Positions 16,073-28,169 are shown, numbered from the stretch's first letter. The stretch is 64,000 bases of DNA from Rhodosorus marinus CCMP1338 (GCA_029953675.1 JAMWBK010000001.1:2232001-2296000), one strand, 5' to 3'. The notes: generated by a model from the sequence alone, not told the origin. Made by a program: numbers and translations.

Positions 16073-17019
16073 ATGGAGTTTGATGACATTGGAGGTCACT
16101 GCACGGTGAAGGACTGCCGAGTGCACGACTACTTACCGGTGAGCTGTAATGCTTGTCGCAAAGTGTTTTGTGGGGAGCATTTTTCGTACGCTGCCCATGG
16201 GTGCGTGAAAGGTGAAAACCGGAGGAAGGGCCTCGCCAATTCCACTTTGGAGTGTACGTTGTGCCTGAAGGTGGTGGTTGTGAGGAAGGGAGAGGACCCG
16301 GATGCGGAGTTGGCGCGTCACATTGCGAGGGGTTGTGGCTCGCAGAAGAAGAACCAAATTTGTAATGTTACTGGTTGCAAGACAAGGGAAATTGTGCCAA
16401 TCCAATGCAAACGATGCTTGAAGCAATACTGCTTTTCCCACCGAATAGAGTTGGATCATGAGTGTAGCGGACCCCCAGCGAGCTCCTCAAAATTATGGGA
16501 GGCGAGGCAGAAGCCAAAGGTTCCAGCCAAAAAGGCCTCAAAAGCCTCTGCCAACAAGGTTCTTGGAAACCAGCAACTTGCGAAAAATCAAAGGCAAAAT
16601 CTTCTCGTTGCTTCTCCACGTAAGTCTAGATAACGCCTTGCAACTTTTTCTTTGATGATCAATATTGGGAGCTGGTACTGATTGGCCGAGTCTCTGTTCC
16701 CACAGTGCTCGGTGATACGAATACTATTGATATGTTCTTCAATCGCAACTTCACTGTGGGAAAGATGATGGATGAAGCCACGGGTCTCATTCGACTCGGC
16801 GAGCTGAAGGAAGTGCGTTTGTACGCTTTCAGAGTAACTCCCAGCGGAAGCGCACTGCCCCTAGGAAGACTGCAGAAGCTCTCAGAGTGCACGCGGCAGA
16901 ATGATATTGTCATCATCGACATTGCAGAGAACGCAGACCTCGAGTTTGTCTCCGGATTGTCTAGGCTGAATACGAGGAACCCGAAGATTTCCCCGAGAAT
17001 GATTCGGGTGAACTCCTGA
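16073..17019 (+). CDS. AN1-type zinc finger protein (ZFAND1-like; two AN1 fingers plus a C-terminal domain), 2 exons
   Basis: 'GGHCTVKDCRVHDYLPVSCNACRKVFCGEHFSYAAHGC' and 'CNVTGCKTREIVPIQCKRCLKQYCFSHRIELDHEC'. Intron 16621-~16705 joins the ORF ending at 17019. Confidence 0.88.
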
Positions 17020-17272
17020 GGGTCTCAGCAGCGTGGCTCCTCACGCTCTCTTACTAAGTAGAACAACATCCCACAGCCCATCCCCGACTTTTTCTCACGC
17101 ATTCAGCTAGCGGGGGACGTCTTCGGCGTTGATAACAAAGCATTTTAGAGGCTTCATTAGCTCGAGGATCTCTATGTCCACTGAGCTTTTACAGCTCGCC
17201 TCAACTGCAAGTGCGATACTGAACCGTCGAAGATGACGTAGGCCAGTTCTCCGGGTTGTGTAGTCCCCGCTC

Positions 17273-17485
17273 CACATCCAGAACTGAGAATTTGTTCTTC
17301 TAAAGAATAAAATTATCTATTACACGAACACATCAGTTATAATACAACAAAGATACATCCGAGTAGATATTGATTACCGCACACATCCAGAACTGAGAAT
17401 TTGTTCTTCTAAAGAATAAAATTATCTATTACACGAACACATCAGTTATAATACAACAAAGATACATCCGAGTAGATATTGATTA
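17273..17485. repeat. Tandem duplication of a 104-bp AT-rich segment
   Basis: 17273-17376 matches 17382-17485 (no mismatch seen by eye), with a 5-bp spacer ccgca. Confidence 0.95.
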
Positions 17486-18458
17486 TTGTTATAAATTAGA
17501 CTACATTGAATTAATTGTCCAATATGCATTTAGATGCTTATGTTTTGATTATGTTTTAACTGATAGATGTACATGAAGAGCGCAACAAAAAGTTGAGAGG
17601 CCTGGTACAGGGTGCTGCTTCGAGGTTGTGTCAAGGTCAGTGCGTCTATCCGAGACCAGCTACTATTCTGCGAGCATTAAACTAAGGAAGACGCCTGCTA
17701 CGAGCTTCAAACGACAATGTGTGTCGACCATTTGTACAAAACAGGGGATCAATCAGGTCGGTGAAGATGCTCAAAACAGCGTAAACAGCACTTGAAGATG
17801 AGCACCTCTTCTCACGAGCGGCAAGGCCTGGGGGGAACCGGGCAAGGACAACAGTAGAATCTCATCTGCTTTCGGGGAGTCCTCCGAGGACCTTTCAATC
17901 CGAATTTCACACGCGCAAGGTGTGTGCTCTAATTAATATCAGAATTCATTTTCGGCGTTCGAACTTCCCCCCTGGCCCCACAAATAGATTTGGACAATCA
18001 CAAAACTAGACCTGTCACAGAATGTCCGATTAAAAAGCGAAGGTTGGACTATACAAAACAAACGAAGAAAATTCCACTATCGGCATTGAAAATCTTTGAA
18101 AATACCTGTCTAAATATAAAACCGATCGTCGGACTTTTTTATAAGAACTATCTCAAATATACTTTCATATTTATTTGTTTATTTAATAGTACATGTACTA
18201 TTGTATGTACTAATTTAGTTTTCGGACGAAACATGACAAAAACCTAAATATACCTATTATATGATTGAATAGGGAGGTGACTCCTATATATAGATATATA
18301 CATATCGAATGGATGGCAGAGCAGAGATGGATTGGACTTGTATTGGCGTGGGGGGGGGAAGGGGGAGGATGGACAGTAGGACTGGTCGGTAGGGGCGGGA
18401 GGGAGAATTGTGGAAGGTTAGGAGAGTGCTCTCGTTGGTTGATTGAATGTGAAGAACT

Positions 18459-20305
18459 ATGGGAGCGAACGGGAAGGATGTGAAAGGGGCAGATGAAGAC
18501 ATACCGGTTGAATTTGGGGGTCCTTGGGGTATGTCAGCGATCATGGTGTTCTCCCACGTTATTCCGTACTACCTCTGGATGTGCGTGCGGTTCAGCGCTG
18601 GCGCGCTGATCGTGCCGAGTTACGATACGCTTGTGCTCTTGAAGGAGCATGCTTCTCCTACGCTGGCGGCTTTCCAGATCTACATCGGGTTCCTGCTGCA
18701 TCAGGCGGTCTTGGCGGTGACCATGCCGGGGATGAGAATTGAGGGACTTCCAGTGCCGTCGGAGGGGAATAAGAAGCTAACCTATGTGTGCAATGGGATT
18801 TCTTCCTGGTATGTAACCCTTCTGACGGCTGCGGTCCTGCACTATACCGGAGTATTCCCGTTGAGCATTGTGATCGAGAGATTCGGAGAGATCTTGACAG
18901 TCACCATAATCACTTCAAACGTGACCTCAGTTCTGGCCTACGTCTCCGCGATTTGGCTCGGGAAAGCCCACAGAATGACTGGAAACGCGCTGATGGACTT
19001 TTTCATGGGCGCCTGGCTGAATCCACGCATCGGGACCTTTGACCTTAAGTTTTGGGGTGAAACGCGTGTTGCTTGGATCACTCTGTTCCTTCTAACTGCC
19101 TCATGTGCTGTGAAGCAGTACGAACGTAAGATAAGCACCATAAAATTGGTGGATGCTGAGGATAGACCTCCGAAACATGTTTCATCTCAAAGTGAACCCC
19201 TCCGACCCCATACTTTGATCAACAGAACTAGGCTACATGAGCGGAGGTATGTGGTTCATTTCTACAGCGCAGTGGCTCTACTCAAACGCGGTGATGAAAG
19301 GAGAAGAATGCATTCCCTCAACCTGGGATATATTTTATGAAAAGGTAGGTTTTTGAGAAAATCTTCGAACGAAGGCTCGAGCAACTCCTTCTATACAATG
19401 TAAGGTTGATGGAATGCTGCCATGGCATCCGAGTCGATCCCCGCCAATCGCTCAAACCTCAGCCAGCCCCAACACCGCTAACCGATTTGACTCCCTGGTT
19501 AACAGTGGGGATGGATGCTAATCTACTGGAACTTTGCTGGAGTTCCTTTCGTTTACTGCATGCCATCATTCTATATGTATCAACAAGGACCGATAGAGAT
19601 TCCAAGGTAAGCTCACGCAGCGCTCCGTGGCACCTGCCGGTGTTGCTCACTTCGATACCGTTTGTGGTTTCAAAGGTTTCTGTTGATAGGCCTGTTCATA
19701 GCTTTGTTTGGAGCGTATTACATTTGGGATACGAGCCAGAGCCAGAGGACGAGATTCCGCTTGCAGCAGGTTGGAGCTTACAAACCTAGGTTCACGTTCC
19801 CACAGCTTCCGTGGGGCACGCTCAAAGATCCCAAGTACTTGACGACGGAAACCGGATCGAAGCTACTGATCAGTGGCTGGTGGAAATACGCGAGGAAGGT
19901 AAGGAGGAAGTTGAAAACAGAACAGGAGAAAACAGATCAAAGTACTCAGAAAGAAATGAACCCGGGACGCCACTCTTTGTATCCTCGTTTAGATCCATTA
20001 CACAGCTGACATTATCATGGCGAGCAGTTGGGCTCTTTGCTGTGGATTTGGCAGCTTTGTACCGTACTTTTATCCGATCTTCTTCTTCGGAATGATCGTC
20101 CACAGGTACCAGCGCGACCAGGAAAGGTGTAAAGCCAAGTATGGCAAAGATTGGGATAAGTAAGTATCTTCGTCACGGAAGCTTGACCCACACGACGTTC
20201 TGCTCTGCTCAGGGTCACCTCAACTTCCGATCTTGTTTGTTTTTCCGCTTGTTGCACAGGTACGAGAAGATAGTGCCTTATGTCTTCATTCCTGGGATCA
20301 TCTAA
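18459..20305 (+). CDS. ERG4: Delta(24(24(1)))-sterol reductase (ERG4/ERG24 family), spliced
   Basis: 'EFGGPWG', 'YVCNG', '[20 protein letters not shown]', '[12 protein letters not shown]' and terminal '[10 protein letters not shown]'. Multiple GT-AG introns. Confidence 0.9.
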
Positions 20306-20504
20306 TGAAGTGGTCACGGCTATCCACACCTGTTTTCGAGGGGTTTGGCTGACTGTACGGTACAAGTACAATAAAAAGATAGTGTGCTTTACAACTACAA
20401 CCACTCGAAAGGATTTAGACTTTAGGGGCCATCTCTGGCACAGAAAAGAGCCCGTGCGATACCAAAAACGCACCAAATGAGGCCTGTAAGAGAATCACCG
20501 ATCG

Positions 20505-20921
20505 TCAGGGCGCCCATTGCTTCGCTTTCTCACCCTCGTAGGCAGCGGCCCCGAGGGCGATGAACGAGATGATCGCACCGGGAGTGATTCTGCCAGCACG
20601 CGCTGCGCGTGGCGCCATCGCAGCAATTAGAACGCACGAACAACCTAAAAGAACAAAAGCAGCTTGAGAAAAAGGGGATCAAAGGTCATTCTTGTGCGCA
20701 GTCGTGGAATCGGATGGCGCAGCTGTAGGCCTACCAAAAGCACCCAAATGTCCCTCGTACTCATGCCCGTTATTAATCGCATAGGCGGATGCCAGAAACC
20801 CTAATCCTATAGGAAGACTACCAGCCAGTGAAGGAATCGATCGTTTCCTGGCGTAGGCAATACAACCACCCAAAATTGTTATCGCTCCCATCGTATTAGC
20901 AATATGGCCCTCCCCTCCCAT
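20505..20921 (-). CDS. TMEM14 / FAX family small membrane protein, 2 exons
   Basis: 'GGCIAYARKRSIPSLAGSL' Tmemb_14 signature. Intron ~20733-20646; exon 2 'GCSCVLIAAMAPRAARAGRITPG...WAP*'. Confidence 0.85.
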
Positions 20922-20999
20922 GGCGTTTATATTGATCAACAACTTCACTACTTCACCAAGCACGCAACGGATCTGTTTTACAGGCTCTTAGCTATGATC

Positions 21000-21964
21000 T
21001 AACCATTCAGAGCTGATCTTTGCGTGCTCCTCACTCCTTTGAAGGGATCGGAACATTTCTTCGACGACCAACGCCACCCCAGCTGGCTGTGACATGGAAA
21101 GCAGTAACGCAAGGGACTGTTCAGCGCGGTAGGGGAGATTCCGAAATCCCCGATCCTAAGGATCCGAATCCAAACCATAGGGCGTATGACCAGTCCGTTA
21201 CGAGCAACACGAAGATGAAGCTTCGCTTCCATCTAAGCGGTGAATGGACGGATTTTACAAACAGCGACCTCGCCATCGCGATTAGATGAACTGTGGATCT
21301 TATCACTGCGTATACGGGCTGGTGGTTCTTGATCCTCCTAGACCAAAAGGGAAAGGGTGTGTTATGTTGTGTTCCCCTGATATGCTGTGCGTTCCTGTAG
21401 CTAGGTACCTCTGGGTCCCGTCGGGATCTCGAATCGACGCTACTTGAGTAAGCTCATGTCGAACGGAACCGCCAAACTCCGCGATGATAGGCTTTGGGTC
21501 TCCTAAAAAATAACGACGTTGGAGAATACTAGAGCCCCTCGCTCTGAAATCGTAACCTGGTTACCCAGACGAAGGTCTTCAGATAGTATTGTGCATCATC
21601 CGAACGTGACGTTCAACTTCTGATCGACCTTGAGCCGCTCAGACGCCGCTTACGTATCCATCACAACATTCAGAAAAGAGAAGGAAGAAAACAATACTGT
21701 CTTTAATATAGCCGCCGGATTCCTACTCTCAAACTGGGTCGATTAAGACCTTGTTAATACAACTCTGGGTTTACTACGCCCGGTACGACCCCAGCCTCTG
21801 CTTGGGACAAGTCCCCACCCGCCGTGATCCAGACTTCATCGCGTTTGCTACTTAGAGAGGGATGGTCAGGGAGCAGCCCGATCTTCGAACAGACGAGTCA
21901 GAAAGCTCGTCTGGTCTAAGCGAAGGGTCATGTTGGACTCACCCACGAACCCCTCCATCAACGC
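21000..21964 (-). mobile_element. Decayed CRE-like RT relic, 5'-truncated or interrupted at the 12-bp array
   Basis: Ordered degenerate motifs on the minus strand: 'TLRLDQTSF' (KLDFxNAF), 'AEAGVVPGVVNPELY' (GVQQGDPLGPLLF), 'VIFLGDP' (LLGxP) and 'LRIGDFGI' (RxGGLGI). Confidence 0.5.
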
Positions 21965-22666
21965 AACATTCGTTGGAACGTTGACACAGTCAACGTAACA
22001 TTCGGCGTAACATTCGCTGTAACATTCGTTGTAACATTGGTTGTAACATTCGCTGTAACATTCGTTGTAACATTCGTTGTAACATTCGTTGTAACATTCG
22101 TTGTATCATTCGTTGGAACATTCGTTGGAACATTCGTTGGAACATTCGTTGGAACATTCGTTGGACAAGTCCCCACCCGCCGTGATCCAGACTTCATCGC
22201 GTTTGCTACTTAGAGAGGGATGGTCAGGGAGCAGCCCGATCTTCGAACAGACGAGTCAGAAAGCTCGTCTGGTCTAAGCGAAGGGTCATGTTGGACTCAC
22301 CCACGAACCCCTCCATCAACGCAACATTCGTTGGAACGTTGACACAGTCAACGTAACATTCGGCGTAACATTCGCTGTAACATTCGTTGTAACATTGGTT
22401 GTAACATTCGCTGTAACATTCGTTGTAACATTCGCTGTAACATTCGTTGTAACATTCGTTGTAACATTCGTTGTAACATTCGTTGTATCATTCGTTGGAA
22501 CATTCGTTGGAACATTCGTTGGAACATTCGTTGGAACATTCGTTGGAACATTCGTTGGAACATTCGTTGGAGCATTCGTTGGAACATTCGTTGGAACATT
22601 CATTAGAACATTCGTTGGGACATTCGTTGGGACATTCATTGGGACATTCGTCGTAACATTCGTCGA
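21805..22666. repeat. 358-bp-offset tandem duplication containing two 12-bp minisatellite arrays (AACATTCGTTG[G/T])
   Basis: 21805-21996 is repeated at 22163-22354. Arrays are 21997-22164 (14 units) and 22355-22666 (26 units). Minus strand reads (T/A/M)NV(P/T). Confidence 0.97.
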
Positions 22667-22735
22667 GCCAGAGCATTGCCGAGCGGGTAGGTAGAAATCC
22701 CAGTTCGACAAAGAAGGTTGAACGCCGTGGTATGC

Positions 22736-23809
22736 TTAGAACCTACCCTCTCGCACTTGCGAAATTCTGAGTATCGGCTTTTCGGGTTCGATCTTTAGGC
22801 TCAACCCTTCGCCATCATACATCAGGTCCTTCGCCAGCAAGTACTCTTTGGTCTTGAGGTCTTCAAGATCGATGAAGACCGCGTCTGGGGGTTTTGCGTA
22901 GGGCTCAAGGATCGCCTGGGTTTTTGAAACACGGGCTGCGGATTTAGTTCGAGGTACAAGCTCAGATTTCGGCAGCTCGCGAGTGGAAGAGAAAAAGCTC
23001 ATACCGGTACAACACGAGTAAGGTGATTGATATAGCCCTTTCTGAGACCAGGGGCTTTGTCAACATTGAGAACAACCACTTGAAGAGCGAACTGACAAGG
23101 CTGAGAAATGGGTCTTCTCACTAGCGTGAACGACTGTGGAGTATCCCGTATAGGATCAAGCCAGAATCTGACAAGCCAGCATCTTTCTTCTTCAACGATT
23201 TTCTCGTTCTCGTAGACTTTGACGTGGTAGAGAGGGCCCCAGTAATGTCTTTGTGCAATTGGTAGTGGGGGCAAGTGGATCATTCCTGGACAAAAACATG
23301 TCCAGTTTTTCCCCGATCAGCGATGCGCCCCACGCACAGAAAGTCTGCGTTTCAGTTTCTGGTGAACTCAGCTTACCTCGTTGAAAATGGTCCTCAAACA
23401 GCGAGATTTCGCCGGTTAGGAAGCGCATCGATTCCCTGTTTTCATCTGGATCGATTAAAGTACCTGGAATACTGTCCAGTATTACAAACATACAGCCGTT
23501 TATTTTCAGTTTCAAACCTCTTGGCCACCCAGTTACCCTGGCAATCGGAAACCAATCCACTTACAATTTTTTCTCCCGCCTTAACTGCTTAAGATGAGCT
23601 ATTTTCATCGTGCGCCGAACCACAGTCGTCATTTCCTGCTGGCAGTACGATCGAAGGTCCCGCTGCGACCTTTCTGCAGCCTCTGAGGCACTCTCCGGGA
23701 CACTCGAAAACCGGCATAACCCGAAGACACCATTTCGATCGACAATCGGTACGCCCTTCAAGCGTCCTGATCTACTGATCAGAGGTCCTAATCCACTCCG
23801 TCCAAGCAT
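22736..23809 (-). CDS. rplY: Organellar (probably mitochondrial) ribosomal protein bL25/TL5 (CTC type), spliced
   Basis: C-domain 'VVVLNVDKAPGLRKGYINHLTRVVPV...PPDAVFIDLEDLK...LLAKDL' fits Ribosomal_TL5_C. N-terminal presequence and 'QLRREKK' start of the L25 domain. Confidence 0.75.
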
Positions 23810-24299
23810 TTTGGAATAAAATCACGGGCCCATTTGCTCATGTTTCTTGTCAACTTGAGCTCCTTTCAATCCCCACTATCATCACCCGTGCGACTCTTAA
23901 ACGGCCTAGCCAGGACAATCACAATCCGTTCAGAGCAAAAGCTCCCGCGACGAATTGATTTAGTAAATTTCACTGATCGTACTAATTGCATTTTCAATGT
24001 TGATGGTATTACTAATATATACGATTTGGTTGGCCGATAAATTTCACGAGTACACTATTGAATAAATGTAATAATTTAGCACATATCTGATTAAAATTCT
24101 TCAAAAACACGAGTCCGATTGGTGATCCGATAAACGTTGGATAACGGTCAGAGAAAAAGTTCGATATTCAATCAATATTGGACTACTAATCAATCATCTC
24201 AGTTCCAGATATTGAATCATGATTACTTCTTGGTGTGACAAGCTGTCACAGTCATGCATTGAACGGGCCTTGGACAGGACGTTCCAGCCTGAAAGCCTA

Positions 24300-24560
24300 G
24301 AAGCTGCTTTCCAGCTTAGAACACAAGTCGCTTACTTTGATGGAGAAGCTGTAGCCGATGCCTCGATGGTTGGAGGTGCATAAACTGCCCCAGACTACTA
24401 GTACGAAGACGCGGATTCGATTCTACACGAATTTTCATTGCGCTGGCGAGTCTGCTCGACCCCGCGCTTCTGCTTCTGTGGGAGGCATGTCGCGTTCCAG
24501 CCTTCCAGCAGTTCGGCCTTTCAGCAATGTCCGGCTAAGCCAAATTAAGCTTGAGCTGTG
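24300..24560 (+). mobile_element. CRE-like relic (zinc-knuckle region)
   Basis: 'ILHEFSLRWRVCSTPRFCFCGRHVAFQPSSSSAFQQCP' resembles EF..A.RLRLG...C.CG...H...C. Upstream 'PRWLEV' resembles the AWL motif. Confidence 0.4.
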
Positions 24561-24590
24561 GCAGAATCTCTGGAGGGGGTGCGGCTACTA

Positions 24591-24748
24591 CTAATTGCCA
24601 CTAAAATTCACCCAAGTCAAGGCCGACGATCGTCGTTCTACATAGTCACAGCTACTTAAGTAACTACAATGTATCCTTAAGCGTGATTCAAATCTAGTAA
24701 CGGCTATTGCTAATGGCCACTAAAATTCACCGTAGTCAAGGCTGACGA
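24591..24748. repeat. 39-bp direct repeat, period 119 bp
   Basis: 24591-24629 vs 24710-24748, 4 mismatches by eye. Confidence 0.85.
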
Positions 24749-24939
24749 CAGACAAATAAACTGACAGTCGATCCGATCCTACCCCTGGCTATCCCAAAGG
24801 TAAGCCTAGGATCCCAACAATGTTCAATACAACTAAGTCTCAAACATGGTAGTTGTAACTATGCTAGAATCGCGCGGAAGATTATGTTAGATGTCTAAAG
24901 GCCGAACTTGGGCAGGTAGAAGAAGAGTAAAGTAACGAA

Positions 24940-25236
24940 TTCTGGCTACACGTGATGTCAGGCTTGATTAGGTTTGTTCAGGGGGTGATCGACTCTCATC
25001 CGCGATTTACTTCAAACTAGCCTGATCATCTATACTTTGTTGTCTTGAACTTTGATAGTCTCGGGTTCAGCAAATCCGCGACGTATTGTATTTGCATCAC
25101 TTTTTCCTACCGACGAGAACGAGAGCGATGGGGTGAATTCACTAAATTTAGAACCTATGTCCCAACCAACGAGCAAGTGGCTGACATAACTACAAATCCG
25201 GTAACGCGAGAACATTTCCACAAGACAACAGCATAG
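24940..25236 (+). mobile_element. Ty1/copia LTR-retrotransposon RNase H C-terminal relic
   Basis: 'YVPTNEQVADITTNPVTREHF' matches the copia terminal motif YV.T..Q.ADI.TK.L....F. The upstream KHID..HF region is degenerate. Confidence 0.75.
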
Positions 25237-25365
25237 AGAGAGAAGAGCAACTACGCTAAGGCATCGAAGATACACTAAGACATCTTTAGATTATGTCGGT
25301 CCAATTTCTCAGAATCGGAGATGGTTCCGACCTGGATCACGCATTGCTGAAGTATTCGATGTGAG

Positions 25366-25720
25366 GTGCAACCCATCTGCGTTGTTGTGCTCGAGCTAAC
25401 AGTCGTTTGTCCGGATCTTCTCGGCTGCAGGATAAAATTGTCGTTGAAGAGCTGTCTCAAACTCGACGAATGTCGTCGGCTTTTTATCAGCTGGCAGCAA
25501 GGAATACCAGTACGAGGCGTCACCCGTAAGGTATCCTTCCGCAAAGAGTATTTTGTAGACGTCGTCGTCTTTGCCAAGTCCCGCCAGTTTGAAGTAATGC
25601 TGTTGAGCCAAGTATTGATAAGGCAGAGAGAGCATCGCGCTTTTACCGTCATGAAAGCCCTGGGTTTCAGCTCGGCTACTCCAAAATTCAAGATCCTAGT
25701 CCTAACAAATCGCCAATTAG
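25366..25720 (-). mobile_element. Ty3/gypsy-type gag (Retrotrans_gag) relic, copy 1
   Basis: 'LKPRAF..DGK' then 'AQQHYFKL...LFAEGYLTGDASYWYSLLPADKKPTTFVEFETALQRQF' matches the gag core. Frameshifted. Confidence 0.7.
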
Positions 25721-26130
25721 GTAATATGTCCCAAATCTAACTTCTCTGTTCTAACTCTGGTTCCCCAACCTTGCCAAAACGTCTTAGTTTCCATCAGTTC
25801 AAAGCTTTCGAAATAAACGCAATTCAATATTTCAACCTGCCTTTTGCGACTGCCACTGGCTGCGAATTTCCACGGATTCTAAGAGGGGGGATATTTGTCC
25901 GCTTCGAAGGATTAAAAAATAAATTTGATACAAGTTAATTAGACCAATTATGGTGCTATTTATTTTGGTCTTAACCAATTAAAATCTATTTATCTTACTA
26001 TTAAAAAATGTTTTGATTGTTTGATTTTTATTTTCTGAAAAAGTAGTTGTAATAATAATAATAAATGAAAAGGAGGAACAGAAATTTTTTTCGAGTGTGG
26101 CTCGGAAAAGGAAAGTTGGGAGATAAGACG

Positions 26131-26197
26131 AGCGCCCAACACTTGGCTGGTTTCAGCGCCCAACACTTGGCTGGTTTCAGCGCCCAACACTTGGCTG
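26131..26197. repeat. 24-bp tandem repeat x2.8 (AGCGCCCAACACTTGGCTGGTTTC) in an AT-rich block
   Basis: Units start at 26131, 26155 and 26179. Confidence 0.92.
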
Positions 26198-26345
26198 ATT
26201 TTACTTATATTTAGAAGGTTACAAAGTACATCTATAATTAAGAATAAAATATTTTCAAATTTGGGCGTCTCAAATGAAAACTGAACTTTATTTCAATATT
26301 AGTACTGGACAAATGTTGTCTTCATATAGTCATAAGTCCATCTGG

Positions 26346-26600
26346 CTAAAGTTGTTCAAACCAGCTATGTCGTTTCCAAAAATAAGATCGATGGCTAGTG
26401 TCCAAGCCCGCTTTAACTAGTTTTTCTAACAACAAAACTGAATTTAAGCTGAGAAACGGCATGGCCGATTCGTGGTCGGCGGGAGCCGCCCAGCAGGCCG
26501 CTCTCTCTTCATGACGCAGCGTACGTAGTGCAATCAAGGAGAAATAGCAAGTGCGTGCAGTTTTAATCGCATCAAACGGCGCTTCCCTCGTCTAGCCAAT
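26346..26600 (-). mobile_element. Possible CRE-like relic (AWL region)
   Basis: 'RAACWAAPADHESAMPFLSLNSVLL' resembles AGAWL.A.P...M....F..A.RL. Confidence 0.3.
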
Positions 26601-26667
26601 TAACATCTAGATGCAGGGAGAATTTGAAAACAACGCATGGAAAACTCCGGTATCACTGACCACCTAT

Positions 26668-26970
26668 TCACCAGTACGCGGCGTCACCCGCAAGGTCTCC
26701 TTCCGCAAAGAGCATTTTGTCGACGTCGTCGTCTTCGCCAAGTCCCGCCAGTTTGAAGTAATGTTGTTGAGCCAAGTGTTGATAAGGTAGAGAGAGCATC
26801 GCGCTTTCCGTCATGAGGCCCTTTGGTCTAAAAACCTTGAAAGCCGAGTGACTGAGAGGCAAAGCGCAGACCAATGCACGCAGGTGGTTGAAGAGAACAC
26901 TTTCAGAGAATGAAACAGGTTTAAAAACCAGTTCTACCGAATGCGAGTTGTTCTTTTTCCCACGCAAAGG
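26668..26970 (-). mobile_element. Ty3/gypsy-type gag relic, copy 2
   Basis: ~26672-26822 is highly similar at DNA level to ~25506-25660. 'DGKRDAL...AQQHYFKLAGLGEDDDVDKMLFAEGDLAGDAAYW'. Confidence 0.7.
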
Positions 26971-27089
26971 CGCGGCTCGACGAAGAATCTTTAGTATGTT
27001 GGGGGTCCTGCAAAGTCGGAAGCTACATTAACTTGCTTCCGACTAGTTGATCTACAGAGATAATATGCTCTGATTTAGAGCGAAATAGG

Positions 27090-28023
27090 CTACGTCACGT
27101 AGCTAGATACGAAAGCAACAGTGTTGTAAGCGCAGCTGAGAATGGATGCGATCACGATCCCCCCTACAGGGTAGAAGGTCATAAGCCTCAATGCCTTCGG
27201 TCCCATGCGTCTCACAACGGCGAATGCGATTGTGGTGCACAGGGCGTGCCCTACTCTCGGTGCTTTACCGGACCGTATGAGCCAGGATGAGACAATCATC
27301 AACGTGCCAATGACCATTCCGCTGCTTAACGCTGCTTGGGACCCTTGCCTTATATATCCAGCAATCCCGAGGGTAGCAAACCCTACTCCTACTAAAGCAG
27401 AGAAGAGGGATCCTGCCCTCCATCCGGGGTCAATCGCAGCAGACCATGTCTCGAATTCCTCCTCATCACCTAGAAGCACCCTTGAATCATACACACATCA
27501 GAAGAACTCCTCTAAGACAGTGATAAAAGCGACGAGTTTCCCGGGCAAGTCTATCTTACGTTAGAACCTTCAGGTTTCCGGGATCCCGTACAATTTCCAG
27601 TACTGTTGCTGGTTCAAATTCTCTTCCCGTAATTGTACTTCTCGAAACTCTCCTTACTTCATCCGCATCCTTGATGACATCCTGAAGGTTGTCCAGAAGG
27701 TGGTTATCCTTCTCATTGGAGACCTACAAGTACCAGAGCAAATAAAACAAAACCGAGGACGTCACGTTTTCAGAACCACGCAAGAAGAGAAAAAAGGGGG
27801 AAGGTCTGCTCAACCATCACCTTCAGAACCACAGTCACCCACGGAGACACCTCAAAATCCCTCCTCGACATTCTTCTAGAGCCAGCAGTCGCGAAGAGAG
27901 ACCAAACCACACCCACCTCTTCAAGACATCAGCCTCAATATGAAACGCTTTCCCCACACCTCCCTTCCTCTCCTCGTCGAACATGCCTGTACTTATGTCC
28001 GCATCGAACAAAGAGCGTCCCAT
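27090..28023 (-). CDS. TMEM14/FAX (fatty acid export)-family protein with an N-terminal soluble extension, spliced
   Basis: Last exon has the Tmemb_14 pattern 'GFATLGIAGYIRQGSQAALSSG...FYPVG'. Upstream exons join (AC|GTAAGA...TCAAG|G) through 'DNHLLDNLQDVIKDADEV'. Confidence 0.75.
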
Positions 28024-28169
28024 TAATTTTTTCTCCAAGCCCTTTTCAAGTGACTACAAACTTCCCAATAAATCTCAAAAATACGATTCAGCCGCCGATC
28101 TAACGTCACTGCTGCAAAGCTAAACTACTGTACAGAATGTGGAGAACATCAATTTTCTAGCAGTTCTGG

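Noticed and set aside
21997-22666. CRISPR array or telomeric tract interpretation of the 12-bp arrays
   Set aside because: There are no unique spacers and no cas genes. Units are head-to-tail, not G-rich on one strand, and interstitial.
22316-22738. Programmed stop-codon readthrough of bL25 into the TNVP ORF
   Set aside because: It is in frame, but TAA-G is a strong stop context. The equivalent arrays after ATXN10 and BAG are out of frame, so chance is likely.
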